Part shown: positions 48,101 through 60,356 of the stretch, piece by piece | How the letters are laid out: each line of letters starts with the position of its first letter | Numbering within the stretch: position 1 is the first letter of the stretch | NCBI GenBank assembly: GCA_964187785.1 | Contig: OZ076409.1 | Coordinates: 93,126,001-93,190,000, forward strand | Source: Amphiscolops sp. MND2022 | Taxonomy: Eukaryota | DNA length: 64,000 nucleotides | Direction of reading: 5' to 3' | Translations under genes and position numbers: made by a program | The notes under the pieces: generated by a model | The model's database searches: none | Seen by the model: the letters and a program-made list of their open reading frames with translations, nothing else | What the model was told of the DNA's origin: nothing

Positions 48101-50931
48101 TTGATGGTCCGAGAATAATTGGACTTGTTTGCCATATAAATGGAATCTAAATTTTTCAAGCCCCATACGACGGCTAGTAGTTCTAGTTCTCCGATAGAAT
48201 ATTTTTTTTCGGCGTCGTTTAGGTATCGGCTGGCAAATGCTATCGGTTTTAGTTCTCCGTTGCCTTGTTTTTGCCAGAGTGCTATTCCCAAACCGGTCTT
48301 GCATGCGTCGGTTGTGACGATGTTTTCTTTGTTGCCGTTGTAGTGTGCCAAACAGGGTAATGATGTTAGTTCTTGTTTTATTTTGTTGAAGTCCGAATTT
48401 CGATCGGTTGTCCATTCCCATTTCGTCCCTTTTTTGAGTAGTTGTCTCATGTTGTCTGTTTTCTCGGATAGATTCGGTATGAATTTCGCAAAATACTGTG
48501 TAGCTCCGAGGAAAAATTTTAGTGCTTTGGCGTTTGTTGGTGGTTCTAGTTTATTTATCGCATCTGTCTTTTCTTTGTTTGGCCTGATTCCGTCTTGTGA
48601 TATCGTATGTCCGAGCCATATTGTTTCTTTTTGATAGAATTTTGACTTCTTTTTGCTTGCTTTGTAGCCTTCATTTTCCAGTTTTGTTAGTACCGAATAT
48701 AATTTTCGGGTATGTTCTTCTTTGGTTCCACGTGTGACAATTATAATGTCATCTAACCAAACTGGTGTTTGGTGACCCAGGGTTCTGTCTATTTTCTCTT
48801 GGAAAATCGTTGGTATGTCGGCGGGACCGTAGAATCTTTTTAAGAATCGGTAATATCCATTTATTTTCTCTCCTGTCATTGCAAAAGTGCAGTGTTTGCT
48901 TGTTTCGGGGGCCAGTTTCATTTGTCCGTATGCGTAGTCAAGGTCTACTACGGATATCCAAATTGGGTCGTGGTCGTTTTTGGATAATTCGGCTGATATT
49001 TGATTTAATAGTTCTTCCATATTTGGCATGTGTGGCCTTTTCTTTACGCAGCTGTCATTGAGTTTTCGGGCGTCTAGCGCGATTTTTACCGTCTTGTCTT
49101 TCTTCACCGTAATTACAACGGGTGATACAAAACAATCTTCTTCGATTGTTTCTAATCGTTCGAGATGTCCGGATTTTATTAATCGGTCCAGTTCGTTTTT
49201 TACGTCTTTTTGTAAATGGTACGGTATCGGTCTGGCTTTCTGCTGGATGGGGTAGCATCCTGGCTTTATTTGGATTTTCACTTCTATATTTTTAATTGTA
49301 TGGTTTGTTTCGAATAATTTGTTGAATTTCGCGTAGATAGTTTCTGATTGGTTGGTTGGTTCGTCCAATTGAATTTTGTTGATGGTGATTGGTAATTGTT
49401 TCAACCAGTTCACGCCTAATAATGGAGTGATATCGTTTCTTTTTGTAATTAGGATTGGTAATTTTGTCGTCTTTCCGTTGTGTTCGATATCGACCCATAT
49501 TTTCCCGAGGAATTGGATTTCGTTTTTGTTTACGTCTTGATATCTTTCTTTCAGGGGTTTTTTTTATCTCTTTGGTTGTAGAGTTCTGGGTTGTTTGGCA
49601 TTATTGTAACTGGAGAGCCGGTGTCAATTGTGAAATTTTGGTATTTGCCGTTAATTTTTAGTTTGATCCCGTAGTTATCGTTTTCATCCGGTAGTACTCT
49701 ATTGATTTGTGTGATTTGTTGTATTTCTTCTGGTTCACTTTCTTCTTCTTCGGTGTATGTTTCTTCCAGGTAGTTGATTTTTTGTTTTCTCGTGTTCTTA
49801 TTGGATTTGCTGCGGCAAACTCTTGCAAAGTGTCCCATTTTGTGGCAATTACTGCATTCTGCCGTATTTGCCGGGCATTTGTGTGATGGTGACCAGTTTT
49901 GCTGTCCGCAGAAACCGCAATTGTTGTTTTTTGCGGTTGTTTCGGTATTTTTCCGATAGTTTCGTGGTTGTATCTTCTGTATGGGTTCTTCTTTGATTTC
50001 TTTTTCTTTCGCCAGTGCTGGTGGTATTGTTGATTGCTTGTGTCTCTTTTCATAAGGATCTTGGGTTACCAGATCCATGGTAGTTTTCAGGTTCAGGGTT
50101 TTTTCGCGGATGAGTTTTTCCCGTAGTTTTTTATCGGTAATAATAGTGATAAATTTTGATATTAGTAGGTCTTCTTGTTTGATATCTTTGAAGTCGCAGT
50201 TCTTTTCGAGGGATACTAATTTTCGCCAGTGTTCTTCCGGGGTTTCGTTGTCTTCTTGTTTCGCCCAGAAGAAATCTCCTCGGCTGTGGTAGGTGTTTCG
50301 TTTTGGCATGTAATAGTCTTTGAATAGTTGGATGAGTCTTTCTGTATTGATGGTATCGGGATCTTTGTTGAATTCTCCTTTGGTGATCGTCTCTATTGCC
50401 GATGGTCCTGCTCCCCAGATGAAATCTTGTCTTATTTCCGGTTCTTGTGTTGTCCATTCGTTACTTGTTGGCATTGTTTCCCACAGATAAAGCCGGTTTT
50501 ATATCGATATCATGGATTCGTTTTATGTAATGCCGTAATCGTTCGGTCTATTCTTTGGGGTGTATAATTTTTTCCCATCAAGTCCGGTGTCTTCAAGGTA
50601 TGGTAGCAATATATTACTCTTGGTTGTCGTCATTGGTATTTGGTCGGTTAAAATTGAATTTACGGATAAAAGTAAATCTTGCTACTGCGCCATGTTGTAA
50701 TCTCGGTCTATCACGGTAAAAAGGTTCTTTATCTAAGACGATAAATTCGTATCTTCTTTAGCAACTAATCTATAGTATCAATCTCAAGTACAATGGTCAA
50801 TACTCTATTGTACAACACAAAGTGTAGTAAACTCAAATTGACAGTAATTAGAGTTTTATGTTTAACAACAATAGTATGCTCTCTGTCTAGGTTCATAGTT
50901 TTGAAGGTCATGATATCTGCATGATATCACA
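45133..50931 (-). mobile_element. Mirror copy of the Gypsy element at the same insertion site
   Basis: LTRs 45133-45371 and 50693-50931, TSD ATGAT on both sides, flanks identical to the left copy. Confidence 0.97.
45471..50633 (-). pseudogene. Gypsy gag-pol, decayed with partly different lesions
   Basis: Fragments 49551-50474 (gag/PR), 48094-49413 (RT/RH), 45929-47617 (IN) and 45471-45989. Confidence 0.95.
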
Positions 50932-51301
50932 ATGATTATTATGATTGTCGTCATCAAATATTTGATTGGACCGAAAGGCCTTTCCAAACGATGTCGACAT
51001 AATTTTGAACCTTCCTGTTTCTTAATTCCTTGTTTTTAGCAAAAAGACTCAAAAATAAAAAAAACAAAGTTACAAACGTTCAAACTGTCTGGAGACTTAA
51101 TCATGGGAGGGGGAAAAATATGGTCCTAAATGAATTTTGTAGGTCAATCGCCCAAACTGTGTGATTGACAGGTTATAAAGAAAATATTTTAGCGAAATTT
51201 ACCCTTTTCTCAAAACATAAACGTTCTGATTTCTCTTTTTGCGATGTGACTTTCGTTGAAATAATAAATCAAAAAGGTGTTATTTTGAGACAATTGACTT
51301 G

Positions 51302-51990
51302 TTAGGAGTCGGAAAAAATTTTCGACTACTTATGCAATCGTGCTGTTTTTTTTCTCCCGACCTTTTCATGAAACTTTCAAATTTCTCAAAAACTGTCCAT
51401 ACGATTTCCACGAAATTTTGCAGAGTCATTCTATACCCAAAGGGGCCCCTGCGTGTGCAATGGCATCAAAATCGTATGGCTGGGATGTGAGAAACATAGC
51501 CAAAATTAGCCCAAAATGGCCAAAAAACAGCCATTTTTCGACTTTTTTCGCTTTTATCAAAAACTGTCCATACGATTCGAACGAAACTTTCTACAGTCAT
51601 TCTATACCATATTAGAGTCCTATTTGTGCAATGGCATCAAAATCGTATGGCTGGGATGTGAGCAACATAGCCAAAATTAGCCCAAAAATGGCCAAAAAAC
51701 AGTCATTTTTCGATTTTTTTTCGATTTTCTCAAAAACTGTCCATACGATTCGAACGAAATTTTCTACAGTCATTCTCCACCATATTATGGTCCTTTATGT
51801 GCAATTTCATTAACTTCGTATGGCTGGGATGTGAGAAACATAGCCAAATTTAGCCCAAAAATGGCCAAAAAAACAGTCATTTTTCAATTTTTTCGAGTTT
51901 CTCACAAACTGTTCATACGATTCGAACGAAAGCGAGTCAAAAGGAAAAAGACTTAAGCCGACTCCTTTACCGCATATGCGGCTCTGGGTT
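51302..51990 (+). mobile_element. HINE-like family A (mirror of 9048-9735)
   Basis: ttaggagtcgg ... ccgactcctttaccgcatatgcggctctgg. Confidence 0.75.
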
Positions 51991-53411
51991 ATTGTGACAT
52001 TCGGGTGAAAAGTATCAAGGGGGTCTTTGTGAAGTGTTTATTCATTTGCTTAGAGTTTCAGGACCATGTTTCCGGGGGAAAATAAGCTAACCAAAGTTCA
52101 AATACCTTATGTCGACATCGTTAGCGTTGACATTTCGGTCCAAAAAAGTAATTGAAGTCGACATAATCCATCTTTTCGATCGACTCACAATCAAAAGTTG
52201 CTAATTTTAAATTTTAGTTTATGGCGGAGAAAATTAGGTTTGAAATAAAGGCTGTTTTATATAATTTCAGCTTGTTACGGGTGGTAATTGTGGTGGTAAT
52301 TACAGGTTACTATTGTTATTTTATTTACTATTAAATAATATTATTTAGTTTATTTACGGTCCTTAATATTAAAAAAATATGGTCATTTTTTGTTGGAAGT
52401 ATCAAAACAGCTGAAGAGACAATCCTCTAAGTATTTCAAACCAAATAAAGTTTTTTACTATTAAACTATTTTTCTTGAAGAATAAAATGCGCTTTCGTCT
52501 TGGGGAGGTCTTGGATACAAACAAGGTGTACCTGCAGGTATGAGTTTTTTAACTGACAAACTTTCATTTTTTGCATCAACTTCTCAAAATTACTGTAAAT
52601 ATTTTGGACAAGTTCAGTTGTGAAAACCTAGGAAAACGTGATGAAAGGCAACTCGTCGAAAATGATATTGCAAGTTTCTGCAAGTTATTGAAGTTTTGTC
52701 AGGAAAAAACTAATAATTCTGTAATCGATCTGTAAAGCGAGCGAAATTATTACACTGTACCCTTCGATTGCTCTAGTGAAAAGTGCTGTGTAATTCTGCA
52801 GGATTTATCGCCGGAATGGTACTGAAAATTCTAGGTTTTAAATAAAGTAACCCTGCAAACAGGGTTAGACACTTCAAGCAACTGCACAACTAGAAAAGTG
52901 AGTGCTTTCATTTCACCACATAGCATTTCACCCAAAAATTCATTTCACCCCACGCTCATTTCGCCCCTCGTTTGTTTCAGCCCACATTTTAATTTGTCAA
53001 AAGCGTCTCGCCTTGATTAACCAATTAACAAACAAATTTCTATTTTTATTGCCTAATTTGTCCCCTCGGTTGTTTCTGTGGGTAAGTTTTATATTTCTAG
53101 AGGGTCAATGGAACTAAGCTGCATGTGAATCAAGTAGTATTTTGCAATTAATAATATGATATTTTGATAATTATCATTATAAATCAACTCGTTACAGCGT
53201 ACTTTGAATACTTTTTTTTATCAAGTTGAGACCTCTCTGTTTAATGATGTTGTCAAAACAGCTGCGTTTAAGCATCTCCCACAAATGTGCTCGTAATAGA
53301 AAGCAAAAATTCGTTTTACAGACCATGTGTTCAATTACACCCACCCCCCAGGTACACCTTGTTGCGAATTAACCACCCCCCCCCCCCCCAAAGGCGAAAG
53401 CACATTTTGTT

Positions 53412-53975
53412 CTTGAACAAGACGCCCGCTAAGCACCGGGATATTTTCCTCCCTTTTCGCCTTCACCAACTGAGCCATTGCTATTTTAGGAGGGGAATAG
53501 GATCTAAAGAAAAAGATCTAAAATTTAGTGATTTTAGATCTTTTTCCCTTTAGATCTTATTCCCGTCCTGGAATTTTAGATCTTATTCCCTTTAGATCTT
53601 ATTCCCATTTTTACTTGCGGAGTTGGCGGCTGAGTTTACCTTTTATGGTGGGAGAGTGAGTAGGGAGAGTGAGTAGGGAGAGTGAGTAGGGAGAGTGAGT
53701 AGGGAGAGTGAGTAGGGAGAGTGAGTAGGGAGAGTGAGTAGGGAGAGTGAGTAGGGAGAGTGAGTAAGGAGAGTGAGTAGGGAGAGTGAGTAGGGAGAGT
53801 GAGTAGGGAGAGTGAGCAGGAAGTGGAGTACAAAGTGGAATTTTGGCAAAATTTGGAAAAAAAACGCAACACAGATCATGATTTTCCTCCCCTATTTGTA
53901 AAATATGGGGTCGGAAAATAAACAGATCATGATTTTCCTCCCCTATTTGTAAAATATGGGGTCGGAAAATAAAAA
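53412..53975 (-). mobile_element. HINE-like family C with minisatellite (mirror of 7047-7624)
   Basis: Reverse complement termini and a (TAGGGAGAGTGAG)n array. Confidence 0.65.
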
Positions 53976-55871
53976 ATATATTTCACTACTCAGAGAATAT
54001 TATATGAATATAGATACTTACACGATTGTCTCTACAACTGTTTTGACACTTCAGGTAAAAAATAACCGTAATTTTTTGATATTATTGTTCAAAATAGCAG
54101 AAATTCACGCTTGGAACAAGATGAAATATTATAAAAGGTCCCTATTTCAATGCAATTTTTTCCGCGATAAAATCTAATGAGCAACTTTTAACTGACAGTC
54201 AATGTAATGTTGCTCAATATCAGCTTTTTCTAACTTTTTCTATTTTTGCTTCAGCAATTTTCAAAAATTGAAATGTAAATTGGAAGAACATTTTACTTCT
54301 GATGTTTTTCAAAGTTTTCAACCGAGTTCAAGAAAAATTATCCTGATGATTTCTTAATCACATTACTGTATTTCAGTACCTCATTCACAAATATTACTAT
54401 TCCGATGAGTGAAATTTGTGGGAATTCCGTTCTCGTTTTTGAAACTTGTTCCGTTTTTGCAATGAAACTTTCAAGAAGCGCTTTTCTAGCGGTGGGTTAG
54501 AAGCGGTGGGTTACTTACAGCTGTATGGTGAAATGTAACTTTTTGACGAATTTGCACCTAATTATAAATCTTTGAGTAATTTTTTTTGACCAGTTTTCTA
54601 CCCTTTATTTGCGACGAGTTCTCTTCTGATTGTAGTCATCCGCATACCCAGGTTTTGTGGCAGTGACAGCAAGAGCGGAATTGGAACTGACTACTTCAAT
54701 TTATTTTGATTCTTTATCATTCTTTCATTTTCTTCAGATTCATCAGAAATTTAATCCAAGTCTGAATAATACCAAAAAGCAACCAATTTCCTATTTCTTT
54801 GTATCCCCGAATCCATGTGATGAAACTGATTACATCATTTAATGAAAATTTCTTTTACTTCGTAATTCTGACGTCACGGCGCCTCATTACAAGAAAATAT
54901 ATAATTTTTTAAATTGTTTTTTTGCGAGGATGAAAAATTAAAACAGGAGACCTCCAGTGTTGATAGTTTATTGATGCTTGTTGCATTCAGCATACCGGAA
55001 AATCGATAAGTAGTCAATCAGGCAAAATAATTGCAACGGTAAACAAAATTGAATGCCAATTGACAGTAAGAATAGATGTCTAAAGAGCAATAACAAAAAC
55101 GCGAGAGACAAATACAGGAAGTGGGTCCTATTGTGACAAAACGACATTTTTCAAACTAAACGACAGTATTTAAGATATCAGTGCTGACAAATACAGCTGA
55201 TATTAGCTGTATTTCATAAGCTTTTTTGTAACTACTCTAGGGAAGCTTTGAAAACGAATGCGTTATACGACGAACTAATCCAATTATCTGAATATATTCA
55301 AATAATTGGATTAGTTCGTCAAATAACATATTCATTTTCAAAGCTTTCCTAGAGTAGTTAGAAAAAAATAATCTATTCCGTTTCTCAGTTACTTCTTATC
55401 CTCGACCTAAATCTATGCTCTTACAGTAAAGAATTTTTGAGTTTCTTCCCTAGTTTTGTTTGGTTATTGCTCTAAATTGATGAAAATGAAACGGATTTTG
55501 TAATGGTATCTTACTTATGAGAAATGTCTGATCAAACAATTTTTACGCGTGGATAGATTTAAATATCGTACTCTTCTCAAAATCTTTTCAATCAAGTCCA
55601 ATCATAAGCTCATGATATGAAAATTGAATCAAGTGCGCCAATTTTTTTGCCTATTTTTGATTTTGTCACTCCTTTCGACCGGAAATTGAAAAAAAAACAT
55701 TTGATTTATTTTTTGTTTGTTCAACCAAATCGTCCGTCAAATACCTTCCATTTTCGTCCCAGATAAAAAACAACCACGTTGAAACTGATCAACATGGAGC
55801 CGTTTTCTGAGAAATCATTTCTCTTCTGAGAAGTGAAAAGTTACTTTTTTGGACCTATTGCCAAGCGTTTA

Positions 55872-56511
55872 TTAGGAGTCGGAAAAAATTTTCGACTACT
55901 TATGCAATCGTGTTGTTTTTTTTTTCTCCCGACCTTTTCATGAAAATTTCAAATTTCTCAAAAACTGTCCATACGATTTTCACGAAATTTTGCACAGTCA
56001 TTCTACACCCAAAGGGGCTCCTGCGTGTGCAAAGGCATCAAAATCGTATGGCTGGGATGTGAGAAACATAGCCAAAATTAGCCCAAAAATGGCCAAAAAA
56101 CAGCCATTTTTCGACTTTTTTCAATTTTCTCAAAAACTGTCCATACGATTCGAACGAAATTTTCTACAGTTGTTCTACACCATATTAGAGTCCTATTTGT
56201 GCAATGGCATCAAAATCGTATGGCTGGGATGTGAGAAACATAGCCAAAATTAGCCCAAAAATGGCCAAAAAACAGCCATTTTTCGACTTTTTTCGATTTT
56301 CTCAAAAACTGTCCATACGATTCGAACGAAATTTTCTACAAATATTCTACACCATATTAGAGTCCTATATGTGCAATGGCATCAAAATCGTATGGCTGGG
56401 ATGTGAGAAACATAGCCAAAATTAGCCCAAAAATGGTCAAAAAAGGGCCATTTTTCGACTTCAGAAAAAAATACCTAAGCCGACTCCTTTACCGCACATG
56501 CGGCTCTGGTT
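55872..56511 (+). mobile_element. HINE-like family A insertion unique to the right arm
   Basis: Complete termini, inserted in a T-run; the empty site is the A-run at 5130-5134. Confidence 0.85.
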
Positions 56512-57059
56512 TTTGCTGTTCTGATTCATCCACGGCAACCAAATATAGCCCTGTCGCAATATGCTACTCAAAATGAATCATATTGATCGTTCCGAGACTT
56601 TTTGTTAATATTTTCTCAAATCCGGAGATAGTACGGAAAATACTTTCTACTTAGCCTAGGGCCTAAGGCAAGTTTCTATGCATGGTGAGTGAGGTTGTAT
56701 CCCTGTACATGAGTTCGAGTCCCGCGTTGGACAAAATTTTTCGGTTCTGTGGGACTGATGGGAGCTTCTTCAAATAATATGGAAAAGACCTAAGTTTTTT
56801 TTTAACTAGAGGCTCGCTGCTTTGATGTTCTTTGATGATGCTCAAAATTTTGGGTAGTTTTAGCACTGTGCGATTTTTTCGAACAACAATGTGTGGGCAA
56901 AAAATCACAAAAAATGGTTTTATGTGATGTTTTCAGAAATGAAAAAGTTTCAGCTTCATCCTGAAATGTCACCCACGGGAAATTTTAAATAAGTCGTTGT
57001 GAAACTATACGGAAAACATCGCAGTGTCACTGCGCCTATTGTTTTGGCAAACACTCAAT

Positions 57060-57420
57060 CAGAGTTTTGACACCGCTAATCAGCGATTTGGCGAATTAGC
57101 GGCCGCGCAGGAATTTTTCAGCGATTTCATTAGCGATTCAAATTAGCGGTAACTAACAGACCCTCCAAATTCAAAATTTCTTCTGTGTATAGACGGTGTT
57201 TCAAAATGAATTTCGGAAAAATTCCAACTCTTACCCTTGTAAAACACGCACAGTATAAAAAATTCTAGTCTTTTTTCTTCCAAAAACCGAATAAGTTAAT
57301 TTGAAACATAGTTGAAGCTAAACATTTAATAGTTTGCAGAAAAAGCTTTTCAGCGAAATAGCGATTTTCAAATTAGCGGTTTAGCGATTAGCGGAAGAAA
57401 TTAGCGATGTCAAAACCCTG
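57060..57420. mobile_element. hAT-type MITE (mirror of 3960-4320)
   Basis: TIRs CAGAGTTTTGACA / TGTCAAAACCCTG, TSD CACTCAAT. Confidence 0.85.
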
Positions 57421-57631
57421 CACTCAATACTCTCGGCATGCGCTCTGTTGCGAAATAAACATGTTGTTTTTTTTTCGCTCTATTACTTTGCTATGACCGT
57501 TTTGAACGGAACATACCATTTTAGTTGGATATTTTCAATCTCTTTGTAGTGACCTAAATGGGTTTATAAAATACTACTTTTCGCTCAAAAACCAATAAGC
57601 ATAAGACTGGTCCTTCTTCGAACATTTCACA

Positions 57632-58754
57632 TTTTTAGTTGGCGCTTCATGAAGTGAAACGCGACTATTGTAGTGACTTTTTTATCTCAATACACACGAA
57701 CTGACCAAAATAGTTCTTGAAAGTTCTACGAAATTTTATGGTCCCAAATGGAATCATTTGGCCTAGCGAATTGAACCAAAAAGGTTTTTCCTCTTTTTCC
57801 GCGTAACATACAATACCGGGAGAGACAAAATGATCCCCCTTTCAGTTTTTTCGGCATTGTGAGACTTTTCAATTTTTTTCGCCAAGAGGTTCCCCCTCCA
57901 AATGCTGTGCGATAGCGTAGATGTTGAAAAACCCCCGCGCGCCATTTTGGTCCAACTTTTGAGTTTTTCGGGTGCTCTAGAAGAGAATACTTTGACACTT
58001 TGAAGTCCCTTTGATATTTTTGAGCCTTAGATGTGCCATTGACTTGGGCCGGTCCCAGTAGCTTGTTACTTAAACTACATGTTTTTTAGTCGGCGCTTCA
58101 TGAAGTGAAACGCGACTATTATAGTGACTCTTTTTTTCTATCCACACGAACTGACCAAAATAGTTCCTAAAAGTTCTACAAAATATTATGGTGTCAAATT
58201 GCACCATTTGGCCTAGCAAACTGGACCAAAATGGTTTTACCTGTTTTTCCGCGTAACATACCATACCGGGCGAGACCAAAGAGTCCCCCCTTTCAATTTT
58301 TTCGGCACTGCGAGACATTTTTTTCGGATTTTTTTTCGAAATTTTTTTCCCTCAAAGGGTCCCCCCCCTGCATTTTTTTGATGTTTGCGACAGAATGGAT
58401 GTTGGAAAATCCCAAAGGGTTCCTCCTTTCAGTTTTTTTCGGCATTGTGAGATTTTTTCCCGAAAATAAAAAATTTTTTTTCTTCAATTTTTTCATGTTT
58501 TGCGACAGAATGGATGTTGAAAAACCTCAAAGCGTCCCCCTTTCAGTTTTTCGGCATTGTGAGACGTTAGCGCGCCAGGGGCTCGCGCTAGCGAGCCCCG
58601 GCGCGCCACTCGGTCCATTTTTAGTATGTAATTTTTTCAAAAAAAAAATTTCGAAAAATTTTCGATTTTCGACTACTGTAAAAGAATACTTGACACTTGG
58701 AAGTCTTTTTGCTATTTTTGAGCCTTGGATATGGCGCCGACTTGGGCCGACTTG
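57632..58754 (+). mobile_element. Two HINE-like family B copies (mirror of 2644-3750)
   Basis: 57632-58067 and 58082-58754, each starting TTTTTAGT(C/T)GGCGCTTCATGAAG. Confidence 0.6.
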
Positions 58755-58998
58755 AATTTAAGTATACGGGTAAAGCAAGAGTTCAAAAGAGTTTGCTTTT
58801 TTAGTTCTTTTCTGGCCTTTAATCGTGCTTCTGATTTGATCGGTTTCCGTTTTTGCCCTATCGGTTACTTATCCTATTATTGTAACTAGTCAAGAGAGGC
58901 TATGCCTTTTTTTCGTTAATGCCATACCATTGTTTTATACGAGTTTCGATGATACAACCGAAGAAGCAGAAAACTTTCAATAAAATTCCTTCCTCTTT

Positions 58999-60356
58999 TT
59001 AGGAGTCGGAAAACATTTTCGACTACTTATGCAATCGTGTCGTTTTTTTTGTTTTTTAGGAGTCGGAAAAAAATTTCGACTACTTGTCCAATCTTGTCGA
59101 TTTTTTTTCTCCTGACCTTTTCATGAAAATTTCAAATTTCTCAAAAATCGTCCATACGATTCGGACAAAATTTTCTACAGTCATTCTACACCATATTACG
59201 GTCCTTTGTGTGTAATTTCATCAAGTTCATATGGCTGCGATGTGGGAATCATAGCCAAAATTACCCCAAAAATGGCCGAAAAACAGTCATTTTTCGATAT
59301 TTTTCGATTTTCTCAAAAACTGTTCATACGATTCGAACGAAATTTTCTATAGTCAATCTACATCATATTATGGTCCTTTATGTGCAATTTCATTCAATTC
59401 GTATGGTTGGGATATGAGAAACATAGCCAAAACTAACCCAAAGTGGCCAACAAACAGCCATTTTTCTACTTTTCTTGATTTTTGCAAAAACTGTCCATAC
59501 GAATCGAACGAAAATTTCTACAGTCATTTTCTACACCATAATATGGTTCTATGTGTGCAATTTCGATAAATTCGTATAACTGGGATTGGAGCGAGTCAGA
59601 AGGAAAAAGACCTACGCCGACTCCTTTACCGCATATGCGGCTCTGGTTTTTCTCCAGACCGTTTCATGAAAATTTCAAATTTCTCAAAAACTGCCCATAC
59701 GATAAAATTTTTCACAGTCGTTCTACACCCAAAGGGGCCCCTGTTTGCGCAAAGGCATCAAAATCGTATGACTGGGACGAAAAACATAGCCAAAATTAGC
59801 CCAAAATGGCCAAAAAACAGCAATTTTTCGACTTTTTGACTTTTTTCAATTTTCTCAAAAAATCGTCCATACGATTCGGACAAATTTTTCTACAGTCATT
59901 CTACACCATATTACGGTCCTTTGTGTGTAATTTCATCAAGTTCATATGGCTGCGATGTGAGAATCATAGCCAAAATTACCCCAAAAATGGCCGAAAAACA
60001 GTCATTTTTCGATTTTTTTCGATTTTCTCAAAAACTGTCCATACGATTCGAACGAAATTTTCTATAGCCATTCTAAACCATACTTTGGTCCTTTGTGGGC
60101 AATTTCATCGAACTCGTATTGCTGGGATGTGAGAAACATAGCCAAAATTAAGCCAAAAATGGCCAAAAAACAGCCATTTTTCGACTTTTCATTTTTGCAA
60201 AAACTGTCCATACGATTCGAACGAAAATTGCTACGTCATTTTCTACACCATAGTATGGTTATATTTGTGCAATTTCAATAAATTCGTATGACTGGGATTG
60301 GAGCGAGAAGGAAAAAGACCTAAGCCGACTCCTTTACCGCATATGCGGCTCTGGTT
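58999..60356 (+). mobile_element. Nested HINE-like family A pair (mirror of 1041-2400)
   Basis: Two 5' termini (~59000 and ~59057) and two 3' hairpin termini (~59648 and ~60356). Confidence 0.75.

Noticed and set aside
10110..50931. Two Gypsy copies as independent insertions bounding a composite transposon
   Set aside because: They share the same TSD and flanks, and the mirror symmetry extends 10 kb beyond them.
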